Positions 40,039 to 52,917 of a stretch of DNA of 64,000 bases are shown piece by piece. Both the position numbers and the translations under genes were made by a program. The DNA is from Sarea resinae (Eukaryota). Within the stretch, counting starts at the first letter, position 1. Every line of letters starts with the position of its first letter. Under the pieces are notes generated by a model. That model worked only from the letters and a program-made list of their open reading frames with translations. It had not been told where the DNA came from and ran no database searches. The DNA is taken from NCBI GenBank assembly GCA_026026165.1, contig JAPEUD010000077.1:1-64000 (forward strand), written 5' to 3'.

Positions 40039-40560
40039 AATAGAGAGGAAAGAGAAATACACAGAGAGAGAGTAGAGAGGTGCTAGAAGAGAAGACACAT
40101 AACAAGGGGCTGGTATAACAATAATACCTACGTCTCTCATTTCTCATTTTTCTTCTTTGAATGGTTCGAATGGTTCGAATGGTTCGATCGTTTTACCGTT
40201 CTTTTTGATTGTTCTTGTGATTGTTGTCTGTGTTTCTGTCTGTCTGGCTCTTCTTTCTAGAAACTAACTTGTAATACACCCGACATATCTGACACACCTA
40301 ACACACACAGTACGGTAGCTTTACATACACGCGTGCATGCATGCATGCATGCATAGCAGCTAGCAGTCACGACAATCACAACGAGAAACAACGACAATGC
40401 CGTGCCGACGACAAGAGGCACACGCACATGACCTACCCTGAATCTCCCTAGACGAAAATAAAGGAGTACTACCAAACAAGGACGAACAAGAAGAAGGGAT
40501 AGCGAGGAAGGGAGGGAGGGAGGGAGGGAGGGAGGGAGGGAGGCAGGTAGGTAGGGTTAT
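39450..40560. repeat. AT/TpA-rich compound microsatellite/minisatellite island (RIP-like)
   Basis: 15-bp degenerate repeat 39487-39591, (GGCA)n/(GGTA)n 39676-39800, 12-mer TAGATCTAGTTG array 39841-39900, (AG)n 39995-40036 and (GGGA)n near 40510-40543. Confidence 0.8.
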
Positions 40561-40619
40561 TAGGTATGTTCGGTATGAAGACGTATGAATACGTGGCCAG
40601 GTGGCTCAATTGCCTAGAA

Positions 40620-43120
40620 TCATCTGCCACCACCACCACCGCCGCCGGCGCTGCTAGCAACCTGACGCATCTCCTGCTGCTGCTCCTGCCGCCGCCGCTG
40701 CTCCATCGGCCGATTCTTCTCCTCGGCCCTGCCTATCTCCGAGCTCTTCCTCCTGCCCTCCAGATCTTTAGACGTCCCCGCCGTCCCAGATGCAGCCTCG
40801 GGAGCATCCGACGTTGAAGGTGGCGGAGAGACGACGCACAGTTCCCGCGCGATCCGGACCTCCTTGGCGCTCAGACCGAGATGATCGGCGTACTCGGCAA
40901 ACGCGCCCAGCAGATCGCCCAGCGAGCGCTTCAGTGTCGTCAGAAGCAATCGGGCAACATCCTCCTCCTCTTCTTCTTCCGGCTTCTTTTCTCCCTGCGC
41001 CGCAGTCCCGGCTCGCGTTGCACCCGCATGAGTAGTATCGCGTGACGGCACACGCACGTCCGTCCAATGGGCAGGGAGCGTTGCGCTGAACGTCTCGAGC
41101 GAGGAGATGGTGGCCCCAAAGACGCGCACCAGCGTTGGGATGTCGCGCGCGACGTTGCCGAACGGATCATCGGCCAGACTGGCGATGGCGAGGTGCGTGA
41201 GGGCTGTGATGGCGTCGACGATGAGACAGGACGGCATGGCTGGAACGGAGGGTGCGGCCGCAGCAGCAGCAGAGGACGCCGAAGAGTAAGAAGACGATGG
41301 GCCCAGGATGATGGCCGTGAGGCGCCTGGTGCGCGTCTGGCGAAAGGGCCGACCGGCCGGCGAACGCAGGAATTGCAACATGTACGCGTGCACCGTCGAG
41401 GTGATGCCTTGTTGCGACAGGGCCTCCTTTTGCTCCGCAGAGAGCATGTGGTTGGTCCCGTATTCCAGCAAGCGTTTTGCGTGCGGGCTGCTGAGCGGTG
41501 AGGCGTAGAAGCCCTGTTTGTTCGGCGAAGAAAGGTTCTGTTGGCCGCGAGCTTTGACGAAGTCGTTGGCGTAGGCTTGGGCTTTGGCGCGCCGGCTTGA
41601 CGGCTTTGGGGATGAGGTCAGGACCTCTTCGTCTTTGACGGGGATCGTGGAGATCCGGGGGAGCGGTTGCGGGTTATTGTTGGTGCCTTCTGAGGGTGGT
41701 GGAGGATTGGCAGAGGCGGATGTCGGAGGGGGTTTGGAGAACTCGGTGATGCGGATGTTGATGCTTTCGATTGTCGTGAGGCAGGCCGTCATTATCTGCG
41801 TCCACGTTGGGCCGCCTGCGCGGTCGATGTCTTCGAAAAAGGACTTTCGACGTGGACCGGCGCGTTCGCTGATGTACAGAAGCTCCCAGAAGGCAAACGT
41901 CTATGCAGTGGTGGTCAGTAAAGCTATGTCAGATGCTAATGAGCTACTACCTTTGGTATCTCTCGCTTTGCCTTCAGTCCATTGAGCAAACTCCCGTTCG
42001 GGTCTTTTGACTCGTCTGTCAGCGGCCGGCCCTTTTTCAGTGGCTCTTGAGCCACATATGCGCTGAAGATGGCATTGGAAATCGCCCACAGAAACATCAA
42101 CAGGGACCCTGAGACCAACGAGCGCCAGAGCAAGGAGATATGATAGGGTGGAATTTTGGGAGGACTCGACGACTTCGGCAACGCCCAGAGCACCTTTGCG
42201 ATCAGGAGCGTCGAGTTCCACGCCGTCTGCCTCATGAATAGGGGGTATATGATCGGGCCAAGCATCACAACGATTAAAGCCCTGAAGACCGATGTTTGCG
42301 CCAGCTTCGGCAGTGCTGATCTGATCTGTGTCAGGGGCGGCGTAAGTGCGGTAGCATTTTGCTCGGTAGCGGAGCTTGGCTTGGGCTTGACAGTAGGAAT
42401 CAAAACCCGGTCATAGTCGTAGTACAAATGTAGGCCTGACTGTAAAACGGCCAGAACGAGAAATATGCAGCGAAGGTAAATGGGCCTCTCGTTGAGTCTC
42501 GGGCGCTCGTATGACCTGAATCCATCAGCTCCATGGCACGACGTAACGGATGGGGAACGACATACTTTCCCTCCGTCACCCAGTTCAGATTAGAGTTGTC
42601 TGGCGCCGACCAAACGTAGACCTCGCTGAACCACCACGCTGAGAAGGAATACCAGAGAAGTGTTTGAACGGTGTCAAACCGAAACAAGTATTGTCGGAAG
42701 GTGTGGAAGGGAGATGGAGTAGTTCTTTGCCCAACTGTTGGTGACTGTCAGACATGATCGAGAGCGTGAACTTCAGCCAACATACTGTGTAATTGAGCTA
42801 CTCGAAGGACGAAGATCGAGAGCGCCGAGATGAATAAAAGACCTGTGCGCAGTCCCGCAAACCCAACTGGAAACCATAACCAGAACACTATAATGAGGTC
42901 AGAGTCAGCGTCTTCATACGACTTCTTGTGTAAAAGTAGACGATTCCACAACGGCAATGGCGGCGAGGGCGCAACGCGACTCACAATGAGACTTGTCGCC
43001 AATGATGATCGCCTCGGCGTAACAGATGAGAAGCACCAGCGCTGCCGCTCTCGCGAAGCGTCGATGAAGACAGGGGGTCAGGAAGTTTCGATACAAGGCT
43101 CGCCTTGCCAGGACAGCCAT
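40620..43120 (-). CDS. NDC1: Transmembrane nucleoporin Ndc1, 5 exons
   Basis: YRNFLTPCLHRRF N-terminus, multiple transmembrane helices, ERPRLNERP, PLKKGRPLTDESKDPNGSLLNGL, AFWEL and SLADDPFGNV motifs; four GT-AG introns in phase. Confidence 0.92.
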
Positions 43121-43662
43121 GATGGGGGCGTGAAGACTGCGGGGGAATCGCAGTGCAGTGGGGATCAAGATTCGAAGTCGAAAGAGACGGCCGCTCGCTA
43201 TCACAGCATTCTGGAGCTGTCGCGGGGGATCAATCGCATGCAGCTTTTACTAACAAATGAGGCTATTGATTCAGAGGCTGATGGTGGTGGTGGTGGTGGT
43301 GAGAGAGAAAGAGAGAAAGAGAAGATGAATAAATGTCCAAGTTCAAAACAATCAATGGAGATGGCCAAGCAACGATGCAGTGCAGTGTAGATCTCCAACC
43401 GAGTCGTCAGTGTCAGTGTCAGGCTGCAGCCAAGCGACTCCATCCCGTCATCGCCCTCCAGCACTCACTCAACTCTACCTACTCCTCCACCATCTCCATC
43501 AGAACAAGGAGGTTGACGACGACACTTCAGGCAGCAACCCTATAGCCTCAAGAAGCCCTTCCAGTCCGCTCTCTAGACGGATAACCTCAACCAATTCATC
43601 CGCCCATCATCCATCGCATTACCTTCACTCCTATCCTCATCCTCATCTTCCTCTTCATCGCC

Positions 43663-44584
43663 ATGTCGTTCGACCACCTCCCCTCTCTCGAATCACAGCC
43701 GACAACCACGCGTCGGAGCGAAGACCCCCAATACAGCGATGATCCCGCCTTCCAGCGCTTCACCTCCAACCTCTCCGACCAGCTCTTCTCCCTGACCTCC
43801 AACATCGGACGACTTTCGAACCAGATCGCCCTGCTCGGCACGAAGCGGGACACCGATCGCGTGCGCGAAAGAGTGCACGACCTCCTCGAGGAGACCCGAG
43901 ATGGCTTCAAGGACGTGGGCGAGGGCATCAAAAGAGTGCAGGCTTGGGAAGATGTCAGCGTAAGTGGCCGACTCCCCCCAGCCCCAGTCATAGGGCCACG
44001 CCGTCAGAAATGCACTTTCACGCAGATACTAAATGATCTCGAATTTACAGCCAACGCAAAAATACACCCAAACTCGTCTCTCCCGCGAATTCCAAACCTC
44101 CCTCACGGAATTCCAGACCATCCAGAAGCAAGCCCTAGAAAAGCAACGAGCAGCCCGCAGCAGTGCACTCGACGAGCAACAAGGCCCAACCTCCCCATCA
44201 TCCGCACACCACCCTTCAGTCGCCGGGGGCCAACAGCAGCAGCTGCAAGAACAAGAACAGCTACGTTTAGCCCCACAAGACGAGGTCGACTTCCAGGACT
44301 CGCTCATCGTCGAGCGCGAGTCCGAGATCCGAAATATCGAGCAGTCCGTCGGCGAGCTGAACGAGCTGTTCCGGGACGTGGCACACATCGTGAGCGAGCA
44401 GGGCGCCCAACTCGATATCATCGACGACAACGTCCAGAACGTCACCGATGACACGCAGACGGCCGATGTGGAGTTGAGGCGCGCGAGCCGGTATCAGAAG
44501 AATGCCAGGAGCAAGGCCTGTTGCCTGTTGCTGGTCTTGGCCGTCATTCTCATCGTGGTGGTCTTGGCCCTTGCGATAGACTGA
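43663..44584 (+). CDS. PEP12: Endosomal/vacuolar Qa t-SNARE (Pep12/Vam3-type syntaxin); exons 43663-43959, 44051-44584
   Basis: Habc region (LGTKRDTDRVRERVH), SNARE motif (ERESEIRNIEQSVGELNELFRDVAHIVSEQG) and a C-terminal transmembrane anchor. Confidence 0.9.
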
Positions 44585-44905
44585 ACTGATCCGGATGCCC
44601 GGGGTTGGAGATATGAGTCGAACATTTTTCTTCCATTGGGGCGTTTACGGATTATGGGATCATGGGATCTTGTTGCTTGTATGAAGCGTCATTTGATTCC
44701 CCGTTCTTTTTTTTTCAATTCAAGAGTAGGGATTTTTAGATAGAAAGAGCAGCGTGTTGTTGTACAATAATATATACTACATAGTATGTACTAGAAGGCA
44801 AATCCATGCCCTCTCGAACAGCAGCATCCTCGAAATTGAAAACGCCCCCCCGCCCCAACCGGTTACCATATTTAAAACCCACTTCTAATTTAGTCCCTCA
44901 TCAAT

Positions 44906-45793
44906 CTACAATCCCACCAGCCTTCCGGCCCTCATCCTCCAGCCCTCGAAACTATTCAACTTGGGCCTGACATCCAGATAGAAATTCAGGCTCTTGCCAG
45001 CCTTGCCCTCGTCCTTGCCCGCATAGAAATCAATCACGTATTCGACCTTGGTGCCACAGCGATCAACGACCCAATCATGGCGATCGAACGGCGTCTGATA
45101 GCCCAAGAGAGCGTTCAAGCGGGCCTTGGGCGTCAGGTCCTTGGAGAGGCCAGAAAACGAAGCCAGACGGGGCCCGCCACAGGCGTCGGCGCCACGGCCG
45201 CGCTCCCACTCCTTGATCTCCTTCCAGGCCCGCTCGTTGACGGCGTTGTGGATCGGCACTATGGCCTTCATGTCTTCGGTGCGCGCGTCGAAGTTCTTGC
45301 GCCGCATCGCGTTGAAGAACATTTGCTCCGACGGGTAGATCCAGTTCCCAGACGTCTTGTCGGCGCCCGTTTCTTGCTCGTTGTTGGCCGGCGATGGCGG
45401 CCCGGCTTGGCCGACGTGGTGCTCGCTGGGCTCTAAGGCGCGTGGGATCGTTGAGATCTCCCTGTCGGTGGCGAGAGCGTCTGTGCTGGAGGAAGAGGCA
45501 TTCGAGCGGCTGCCAAAGAAGGGGATCGAGGGGAAGCGAAAGCCCGATGGCGCGGACGAGGAGGGTGGTGGCGGGGGGGTCTGATCCAGCTGGGAGGAGT
45601 CACAGCTTTGGCCGTTGGCTGTTGGGAGGGGGGACGCTTGCGAGGTCAAGGACGGTGATGATGGTGATGGTGGTGATGCGGTTTGCGTTGCTTCTTTCTG
45701 CTGGCGGGCTTTCTCGAGCCAGGCAGCCCGCGTTGTGTGGTCGACGGGACAGGCCGAGGGAGGTGGATTGGTGGTGTCGGCGGTGGCAGCCAT
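44906..45793 (-). CDS. CYT2: Holocytochrome c synthase family, probably cytochrome c1 heme lyase
   Basis: Single CPVDH heme-regulatory motif, REISTIPR, WIYPSEQMFFNAMRRK, IHNAVNERAW, PFDRHDW, YVIDFY and LDVRP. The c1 versus c assignment and the start codon are inferred. Confidence 0.82.
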   Translation of the reverse strand: MAATADTTNPPPSACPVDHTTRAAWLEKARQQKEATQTASPPSPSSPSLTSQASPLPTANGQSCDSSQLDQTPPPPPSSSAPSGFRFPSIPFFGSRSNASSSSTDALATDREISTIPRALEPSEHHVGQAGPPSPANNEQETGADKTSGNWIYPSEQMFFNAMRRKNFDARTEDMKAIVPIHNAVNERAWKEIKEWERGRGADACGGPRLASFSGLSKDLTPKARLNALLGYQTPFDRHDWVVDRCGTKVEYVIDFYAGKDEGKAGKSLNFYLDVRPKLNSFEGWRMRAGRLVGL

Positions 45794-46182
45794 GGTGTAG
45801 TGTGCGGGAGCAATAACAGTGAGCTCTGATGTTGTTCTAATCTTGTTCTTGTTCTTCTGTTGGTCCCATGATGATCTTGACAAAAAGTGAAGGCGTCAGG
45901 GATGAACGGAAGCTCCCGTCTCTCGTCTCTCGTCTCTCGTCTCTCCTGGCGACTCCGACTCACCGCCTTCGCCAACCATTGGTACGGCAGCAATTTCATC
46001 TGCCCACCTCAACAACACATCCCACCTCCCCCATCCCCCATCCCCCACCATATCCCCACCAAGTCCACACCACAAAGATCCTCGACATAGGCATTGCTTG
46101 AACACATAGTAGGAGGACAAATTGCCTGTCCTCTGCGACCTCACCCGATTGTTATCCATTGCCATTCCTCACAACCGCCACA

Positions 46183-47466
46183 ATGGCAGACACCGACAAG
46201 CAGATCTACCGCGCCAGCACTACAGCGCCCGTCAACATCGCCGTGATAAAGTAACCCCCCTCCTTCACCACACCCTTACCGCAAATCAGCTGCCTCAAAA
46301 TAACAACAAGAGACTAACACACAATCTCCAGATACTGGGGCAAACGCGACGCCACCCTGAACCTCCCGACCAACTCCTCCCTCAGCGTGACCCTCTCCCA
46401 GCGCGACCTGCGCACCCACACAACAGCAACATGCTCAGCCGCATATCCAGCAGGCGACGCCCTGATCCTGAACAGTAACGCGGAAGACATCACCGCGCCC
46501 CGAACACAAGCCGTGCTGCGCTCCCTACGGGCTCTCCGTGCCTCCCTCGAGGCCACAGATGCCTCCCTCCCCAAACTGTCCACCTATCCTCTCCGCATCT
46601 CCAGCGTGAACAACTTCCCCACGGCCGCCGGCCTCGCCTCGTCGGCCGCCGGCCTCGCCGCCCTTGTGCGCGCAATAGCTGACCTCTACGCCCTGCCAAC
46701 CTCGCCCTCGGAGCTGTCACTCATCGCGCGCCAGGGCTCCGGCTCCGCATGCCGTTCGCTGTTCGGGGGCTACGTAGCATGGGACCAGGGCACGCTGCCC
46801 ACGGGGCTCGACAGCCGCGCCCGCCTCGTAGCGCCCGCCTCGCACTGGCCCGAGATGCGCGCGCTGATCCTGGTCGTCAGCGCGGCCAAAAAGGGCGTCA
46901 GCTCCACTACGGGCATGCAGACGACCGTGGCCACATCGACGCTGTTCCAGACGCGCGCGGCGACGGTCGTGCCGGCGCGCATGAAGGCCATGGAGAACGC
47001 CATCCTCGCGCGCGACTTCGCCGCCTTCGCCACCCTCACCATGGCCGACTCCAACTCCTTCCACGCCACCTGTCTCGACACCGCCCCGCCCATCTTCTAC
47101 CTCAACGACGTGTCGCGCGCCGCGATCCGCGCCGTCGAGGAGATCAACGACAACGTCGCCACTACAACTACTGCCGCAGATGGCAAGAAGGCCCCCACGC
47201 CCATGGCCGCGTACACGTTCGACGCCGGCCCGAACGCCGTCATCTACTACCTCGCCGAGCACGAGCACGTCGTGGCCGGCACGTTCAAGAAGACGTCGCT
47301 GGGCCAGCTCGAGGGGTGGGGAGGCGAGCAGGGCCGCGCCGTCGATGCGGCCGCGGGCGTCGATCTCGATGCTAGGGTCCGCTCTGTGCTGGAGGACGGC
47401 GTCAGTCGCGTCATCCTGACCCGGGTCGATGAGGGCCCTGAGAGCGTGCAGGACCATCTCATTTGA
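46183..47466 (+). CDS. MVD1: Diphosphomevalonate decarboxylase; exons 46183-46250, 46332-47466
   Basis: APVNIAVIK|YWGKRD, NNFPTAAGLASSAAG, RQGSGSACRS, DSNSFHATCLD and AYTFDAGPNA. Confidence 0.96.
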
Positions 47467-47469
47467 TCT

Positions 47470-48140
47470 GGTTTGATTTTATTTTATTTGGGCTGACTCG
47501 ACTCGAGTCGGCATGTTCTGTCGGACGCGGCTTGCGTAGCTCAGGTGGTGGTGGAGGAGGAGGAGGAGGAGGAGGAGAGAGGAGTGATGGGCATTGGGGC
47601 ATCGAATCATAGAAACACGTCGCCCACCGTAGATAGGCGGCGGGAAGGTGATATGGATAGAACGGCCTACACCCAAACCCACCCAAACCCACCCACCCAC
47701 CATTACCACCACCATCCCATAGAACTGCCCCCCCGCCCCCCTCTAAAAGGGGTGAAGTGATAAAGTAGTGAATTTTTCCCAGAAAAAGAAAGCAGCAGCA
47801 GAAGAAGAAGAAGAAGAGGACACTCACAACCGCCCCCCGCTCTCTGCACCCTGCACCCCCGGAGAGAAGAAAAAACAAAAAACCATTTCAAACTTCCTCC
47901 AAAAACTAAAACATGTCAAGTCAGAGGCGCTCGCTCCGTACCTTACTAGTAGAAAATGTCCCAAGGGAATAGAGAATCGAATTTCTCCTGGTCTTCTCGT
48001 TCTTCTTCCCTTCCGCCCCACCCCCCCCCTCCCCTGGGCCAACGTCTCGCTTTGTTCTGGGAGGTTCGCTCTAATTCGATTCAATTCAACGCAATCCAAA
48101 TCCACTAAATTTCCTCATACAAGGACGCGTACATACACGG

Positions 48141-48176
<36 letters not shown>

Positions 48177-48360
48177 GCATACACATACGGTAAGCATCAC
48201 GGTTCAGAAGCGTGAGAACACTCCAATGACAGACTGAAACTAGGTAGGATAGATGGATAGAATAGATAGGTAGGTAGATAAGCAGCAGCAGCAGTAGTAG
48301 TAGTAGTAGTAAGTACAAGCCTTCGCCATCCCGTTTCCTCCCCATCCCGCCCTTTTTTTC
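47470..48360. repeat. Compound microsatellite region between convergent MVD1 and ELP1
   Basis: (GGT)n(GGA)n 47544-47577, (GCA)n(GAA)n near 47792-47817, (TA)n 48144-48172 and (CAG)n(TAG)n 48281-48310. Confidence 0.75.
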
Positions 48361-48370
48361 TTTTTGCCAT

Positions 48371-51300
48371 CTACAATACCTCGACGCCCAAAAGTGCGGA
48401 TCGCTGGAAAGATCGGATGACGGGCCTCTGGAGCCTCCTGCCGGCGCCCTCGAGACTGTCCCAGAACACACCATCCGCGCCGCCGGGCCTCACACCACTT
48501 GGTCCAGCAGCAGCAGCGGGATCCTCGTCCGCGCCCATACTAGCACCACCGGCACGATTCGTTGGGGCCGCCTCCTTATCATCAGCCAGGCCAAAGACAT
48601 CATCAAGACAGGCGGCGCAGAGGGCGAGAAGATGGCAATAAGCGGCCTCGACGCCCCTGGCGCGCTCCCTCATGCATCTCCTGAGCAGGCCCTCGACGAG
48701 CCTGGCGAGCTCGTCGCCGACGCTATTGACGCGCTCGATCAGGCGCTCAATGGACGCCACGAGGTATTCCTCCTCGTAGACGGAGCCCTTCTTGCCGCGG
48801 GCCCGCTTGCGTTCTTCGCGCCGCCGGTTCTTGGACGTCTTGCGCGTCGTCGTCGTGTGCAGCGTGCTGTTGCTGCGCGAGGTGTAACGGGTCATGAATG
48901 TGCCTGCCGAGGTGGATGTGTCGGTTGGGGCCAGCGAGACGTTATCTGGGATGTCGGCACCGCCGCCGCCACCACCGCCGTCGAAGAAGGACACTATTGG
49001 CCGGCAAAAACAGGCCCAGGTCAGTTCTTCTTGTTGGCCACTTTCGAGTTTTGAGAACAGGGGAGTGCGGGAGTGGGTCGTGGCCTTGGTGAGTGAAAAG
49101 AGGGGGGGATGAGACTTACGAGGATCTTCGGCCTTTTTGACGCGCAGTTCCTGAAGTCGTGGCACCTGCGCTCCCAGTTGCGCCTTGCACTCCGCCAACA
49201 ATTCCGTCATCCCCGCCAGCCCCTCGGCCAGTCCCGCATCGACTATGGTCTCAAAGAGATCTGGGCGCTGGCGGAGACCAAGCAGTCGCATGGCCTCTGC
49301 GAAGTGATACCCTTTGCAGTACAGGCGGGCGGCCGTCTCTATATCCTCGAGGTAGTCGAGGTGGATCATGGCGGCAGAGGCGTGGTCCTTTGATTCCGCG
49401 AGCGTGTCGGCTAGGGCATGAGCGAGTGCTTGGAGCTGCGATGCCGGGAGCGGGATCAGCGTTGCACAGCAGAGGGATTCGCGCCAGAGTTGGGCGGCAC
49501 GGTAGGATTCGCTGGCGGCGGTTAAGTCGGAAAGGTATTCGTAGGCTAATTCATCCTCTTTAGTGTCTATATGTTGTAAAGGTGAGAGATTGGCTTACCT
49601 ATTCCGGCCTCCTTGAATTTGGAGTGAGCAAGGAGATAATCTGCGTAGAGACGCATGAGCTGATTCAGTTCGGTTTCTTGATATCGATAGATCTCGATGG
49701 CTTCTTTGTAGAGTTCATGCTTTTGCATGTACGTGAGGATCTCGTCAAAGGCATTCAGAGAGTATAGATGCGATAAAGCTTTAGTGTAGCGGGCGAGGTG
49801 ATCGTCAATCGTGAATTGTTTGCGGAGTGTTGGCATTTGCTGTAGGTTTTGGAGGAATGGTATGTATTCTCGAGGATCCTATCAATGTGAGCAAAAATCG
49901 AGATATCTCGCAGTCTGTGCTTACCTTTTGCGACTGTTGCGCTACTAGTAAAGCTAAATCTAGGTCATACAAACCCAGGGCATTGTCATATAGTCTGTTA
50001 ACGTCTGCTAGGAAGCAGATGTGCTCTACAGCCCTCTCAGCAGCATCAATGTCCTCAGCTAGGCATACGTCAGTATTCGGGGTCATGTCAGCTGTCGGGC
50101 GTGTTCAACAGACCTCGGAGTTTCGCAGCCACCAAGAGACCCGCGTTCAGATCAGGTGGACTTTTACAAACATGAGCCGTTATGATGTTCTGCAGATTTG
50201 TAGATGCTCGATTTTGTAGGACTTCAAGGAAAGCATCACATATTTTGTTGATTTTGGAAGTCGAAGACGTTGCGGCTAGCTTTGCAGTACTGGCACCATT
50301 TACACCATTAATTGCTTGCCCGTTCATCGCATTGTCATCCTTCTGTAGCGTCTCTTTGTACATGGATACCGAAACATCTTCCTCTCTGTCCTCGGATTAG
50401 TAAAATGCGAAATTGCAGACCTCAGGGGCACAAACCTGAGCTGAGATAAGAACAGGTCAATGTGCTCCACTTTCTTGATTTGGTCTATGAAGAGCTCAAC
50501 GTTTGCCATGAATTGCTCAGGCGCGTGATCGTGCAGGATATTCATATCCACTCTCTGATTCCGGCAGGCAAAGAAGGCCGTATGATACCGCTTGGCATTG
50601 ATACTTCTTCGGATACCTGCCAGTACAAGAGCTCGAGGATAAATGGTCTCCAGGTTTCCTCGAGGCATCTGCAGAGTCAGAGAAAATGATGTTGGCATCA
50701 CAGTCACCAATTTTGCACCTCGCTCGAGGCTTCGACACCGTTCATCAACTTCCGGATTATCATGTGGAACATCTAATTCTGGATTTCTGCGTTAGCGATA
50801 GTGAAGGTGTACAAGATCATTGGCCTTACCTTGAACGGTGTTCATATGCACAAACTTGAGAAGGCTTTGGGTGGTTGTGAGGATAACATGTGCCGGTGTC
50901 ACGAGAAAGGAAGTACAGTTCTTTAATAAAAGGCGGTCATTGGCGTACAACGTCCCGTTTGCTGATAATCCAAACGCGATGGTCTAGTTGATGGTTAGTC
51001 AAATAAAGGAAACAGGTAAAGTAAGCTGACCTCATCACCATAGTGAACCACTTCGACCCAGGGAGCTTGAAGAGGGAGTTTTGTAAACTGTTGTAGACTG
51101 AGACTTGAGCCTTCCTGGTGAGTGCTGGTCATATCGAGACCTTTTATCTCGGAAACAGAGCGGTCGTCAGAATGGACGCAAATGCTTTGATGGTCACTGC
51201 TAGTAAAGAGCCTTGATACGCCGGTCTGCAGGATCCAATCACAGGGCAAAAATTGCTCGTCCGTATCCAGGCATAGTACTTGCGCTGTAGACTTTGCACC

Positions 51301-52917
51301 GGATGAAGCCAAGATAAAGATTCTTGAATCCCCTAAGAAACATATTTGGCGGGGATGTGACCCGTCAGGGACGATAATTGGGAAAGACCGTTGGAGTGAA
51401 GGAGCCGATACAGGTCTCTTTCCAAGATTCCAATTAGAAAGAGTGACACTGCCACCCTCCAATACAGCTACTTGCGAGCCGGAACGACTGAAAGCCACAT
51501 CCACCGCATTGGACTTGAGAGTGATATCGTGCAAAGACATGGGAGGGGGAACATTTGCCAGCCGGATCGGAGTCAGCTTGAGAGATTCTGTTCCAGGCGT
51601 TAGTCTGGACCCTATGGGAAGGATTGAATGACTTACTGCCATCAATCACGCCAACAATCCCGGAGTCATTCGGTGGTGTCGTCGATCCTTTAGCAACATC
51701 GAATGCATACTCAAGTACCTCAGCAGCATCTAGATATTGGTCAGTATAGATGACCATGACTCATTCTAGACATTCGAACCTTTGCTTGCGACAGTAAGGC
51801 GTAGAGCCCTCTCCGGATGCCAGCCCGCGAAAAGGGGGCCTTGCGGATCTTCCAAGTCTGATGCGCGCGAGATCTCCTGTTTCAGGTACCAGTGGTAATT
51901 TCCTGTAGTCCAAAGCTGCACTCTGTCTTTGAAGCAAACAGCCAGGACTGTCGAGTCAACATTCCACTTCAGACTGATATCTGATCCCCACATCCGCAGT
52001 TCTTCTGCAGTTAGTCGCAAGCTGAATTGCCCGTGCCGCAGACCATTACGTTCGAAGAAAACAACGTCAATCCTATCTTCGAGCCTCTGAATACCGGCCA
52101 TGAGGTTGCCAGACGGTCTCCAACTCAAAGCTCCTTCTAGCCCGTCTACGGGCTCAGTAACGCTGTCCAAAGTGCCTTCTCTTGAATAGATGCGAATAGC
52201 ACGCCGCGTCTCCTGAATTACACTGTTCACAGCCAGATAGGCTCCATCTCCCCTCCAGCTGATGGTCGTCTCTCCCTTGTCGAAAGGGCTAGGAGTGCCT
52301 TCATCCACTCGTTCAGGCATGGTTGGGTCCCGCAGAGCCTTTGCTCTTTTACCCTTGAATTGAGTTTCTGACTTTCCCCAGCCGACGGAAACATGTTTGG
52401 AAGCCTTGAGGTCTTCCGATGTCATTGAAATCGCCGTGATGTTCTCGTAACTTCGTGTCATGAGCAACAATGTGTCTGCTCGAGTGGTGATGGCAAGCAG
52501 CTCTTCATCTGGGGCCCATGCTGCTGCAGTGATGCCGGCGTCCACAGACCCCACAATCTCGATCTTGTCTTCATCCGGCAGGGGCTCTTCACGGACAACC
52601 ACGATATCCCCACCGGCAAGGATTAGACATGTCGTCAGATCCTCGGGGAAATAATGTAGGTCGAGGATTTTATCGCAGTCCAAATCCGGAAGTGGGCATG
52701 GTGCTTCCCAAGATACTATATCCTGGGATTGACTCACTGGCCCTGTATTGTTGGGTGCAGACTCTAATATACGCTTAAGTCGGATAGAAATACTGGTCTT
52801 CGTGGGGCCAAAGGCACATATCACCGAGTTTGTAGCTGCATCCCAGGTAGTTGCCGAGAGAGGCAAATCATTCCCAAACTCAGCCTTGGAGTGGGAGATG
52901 TTTATCAAATTGCGCAT
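48371..52917 (-). CDS. ELP1: Elongator complex subunit 1 (Elp1/Iki3), multi-exon
   Basis: MRNL start, VSVGWGKSETQFKGK, ISWRGDG, FFERNGLRHG, NYHWYLKQ, QMPRGNLETIYPR, LVAQQSQK|DPREYIPFL and RREERKRARGKKGSVYEEEYL. Confidence 0.95.

Noticed and set aside
40162..40190. (GGTTCGAAT)x3 resembling a tRNA T-loop or Pol III B-box
   Set aside because: It is a simple 9-bp tandem repeat with no cloverleaf, no A-box and no closing CC of the B-box.
46717..47457. Long antisense or alternative-frame ORFs over MVD1 (also over NDC1, MRPL40 and IMA1)
   Set aside because: Shadow ORFs are expected from high-GC3 codon usage of the real genes.
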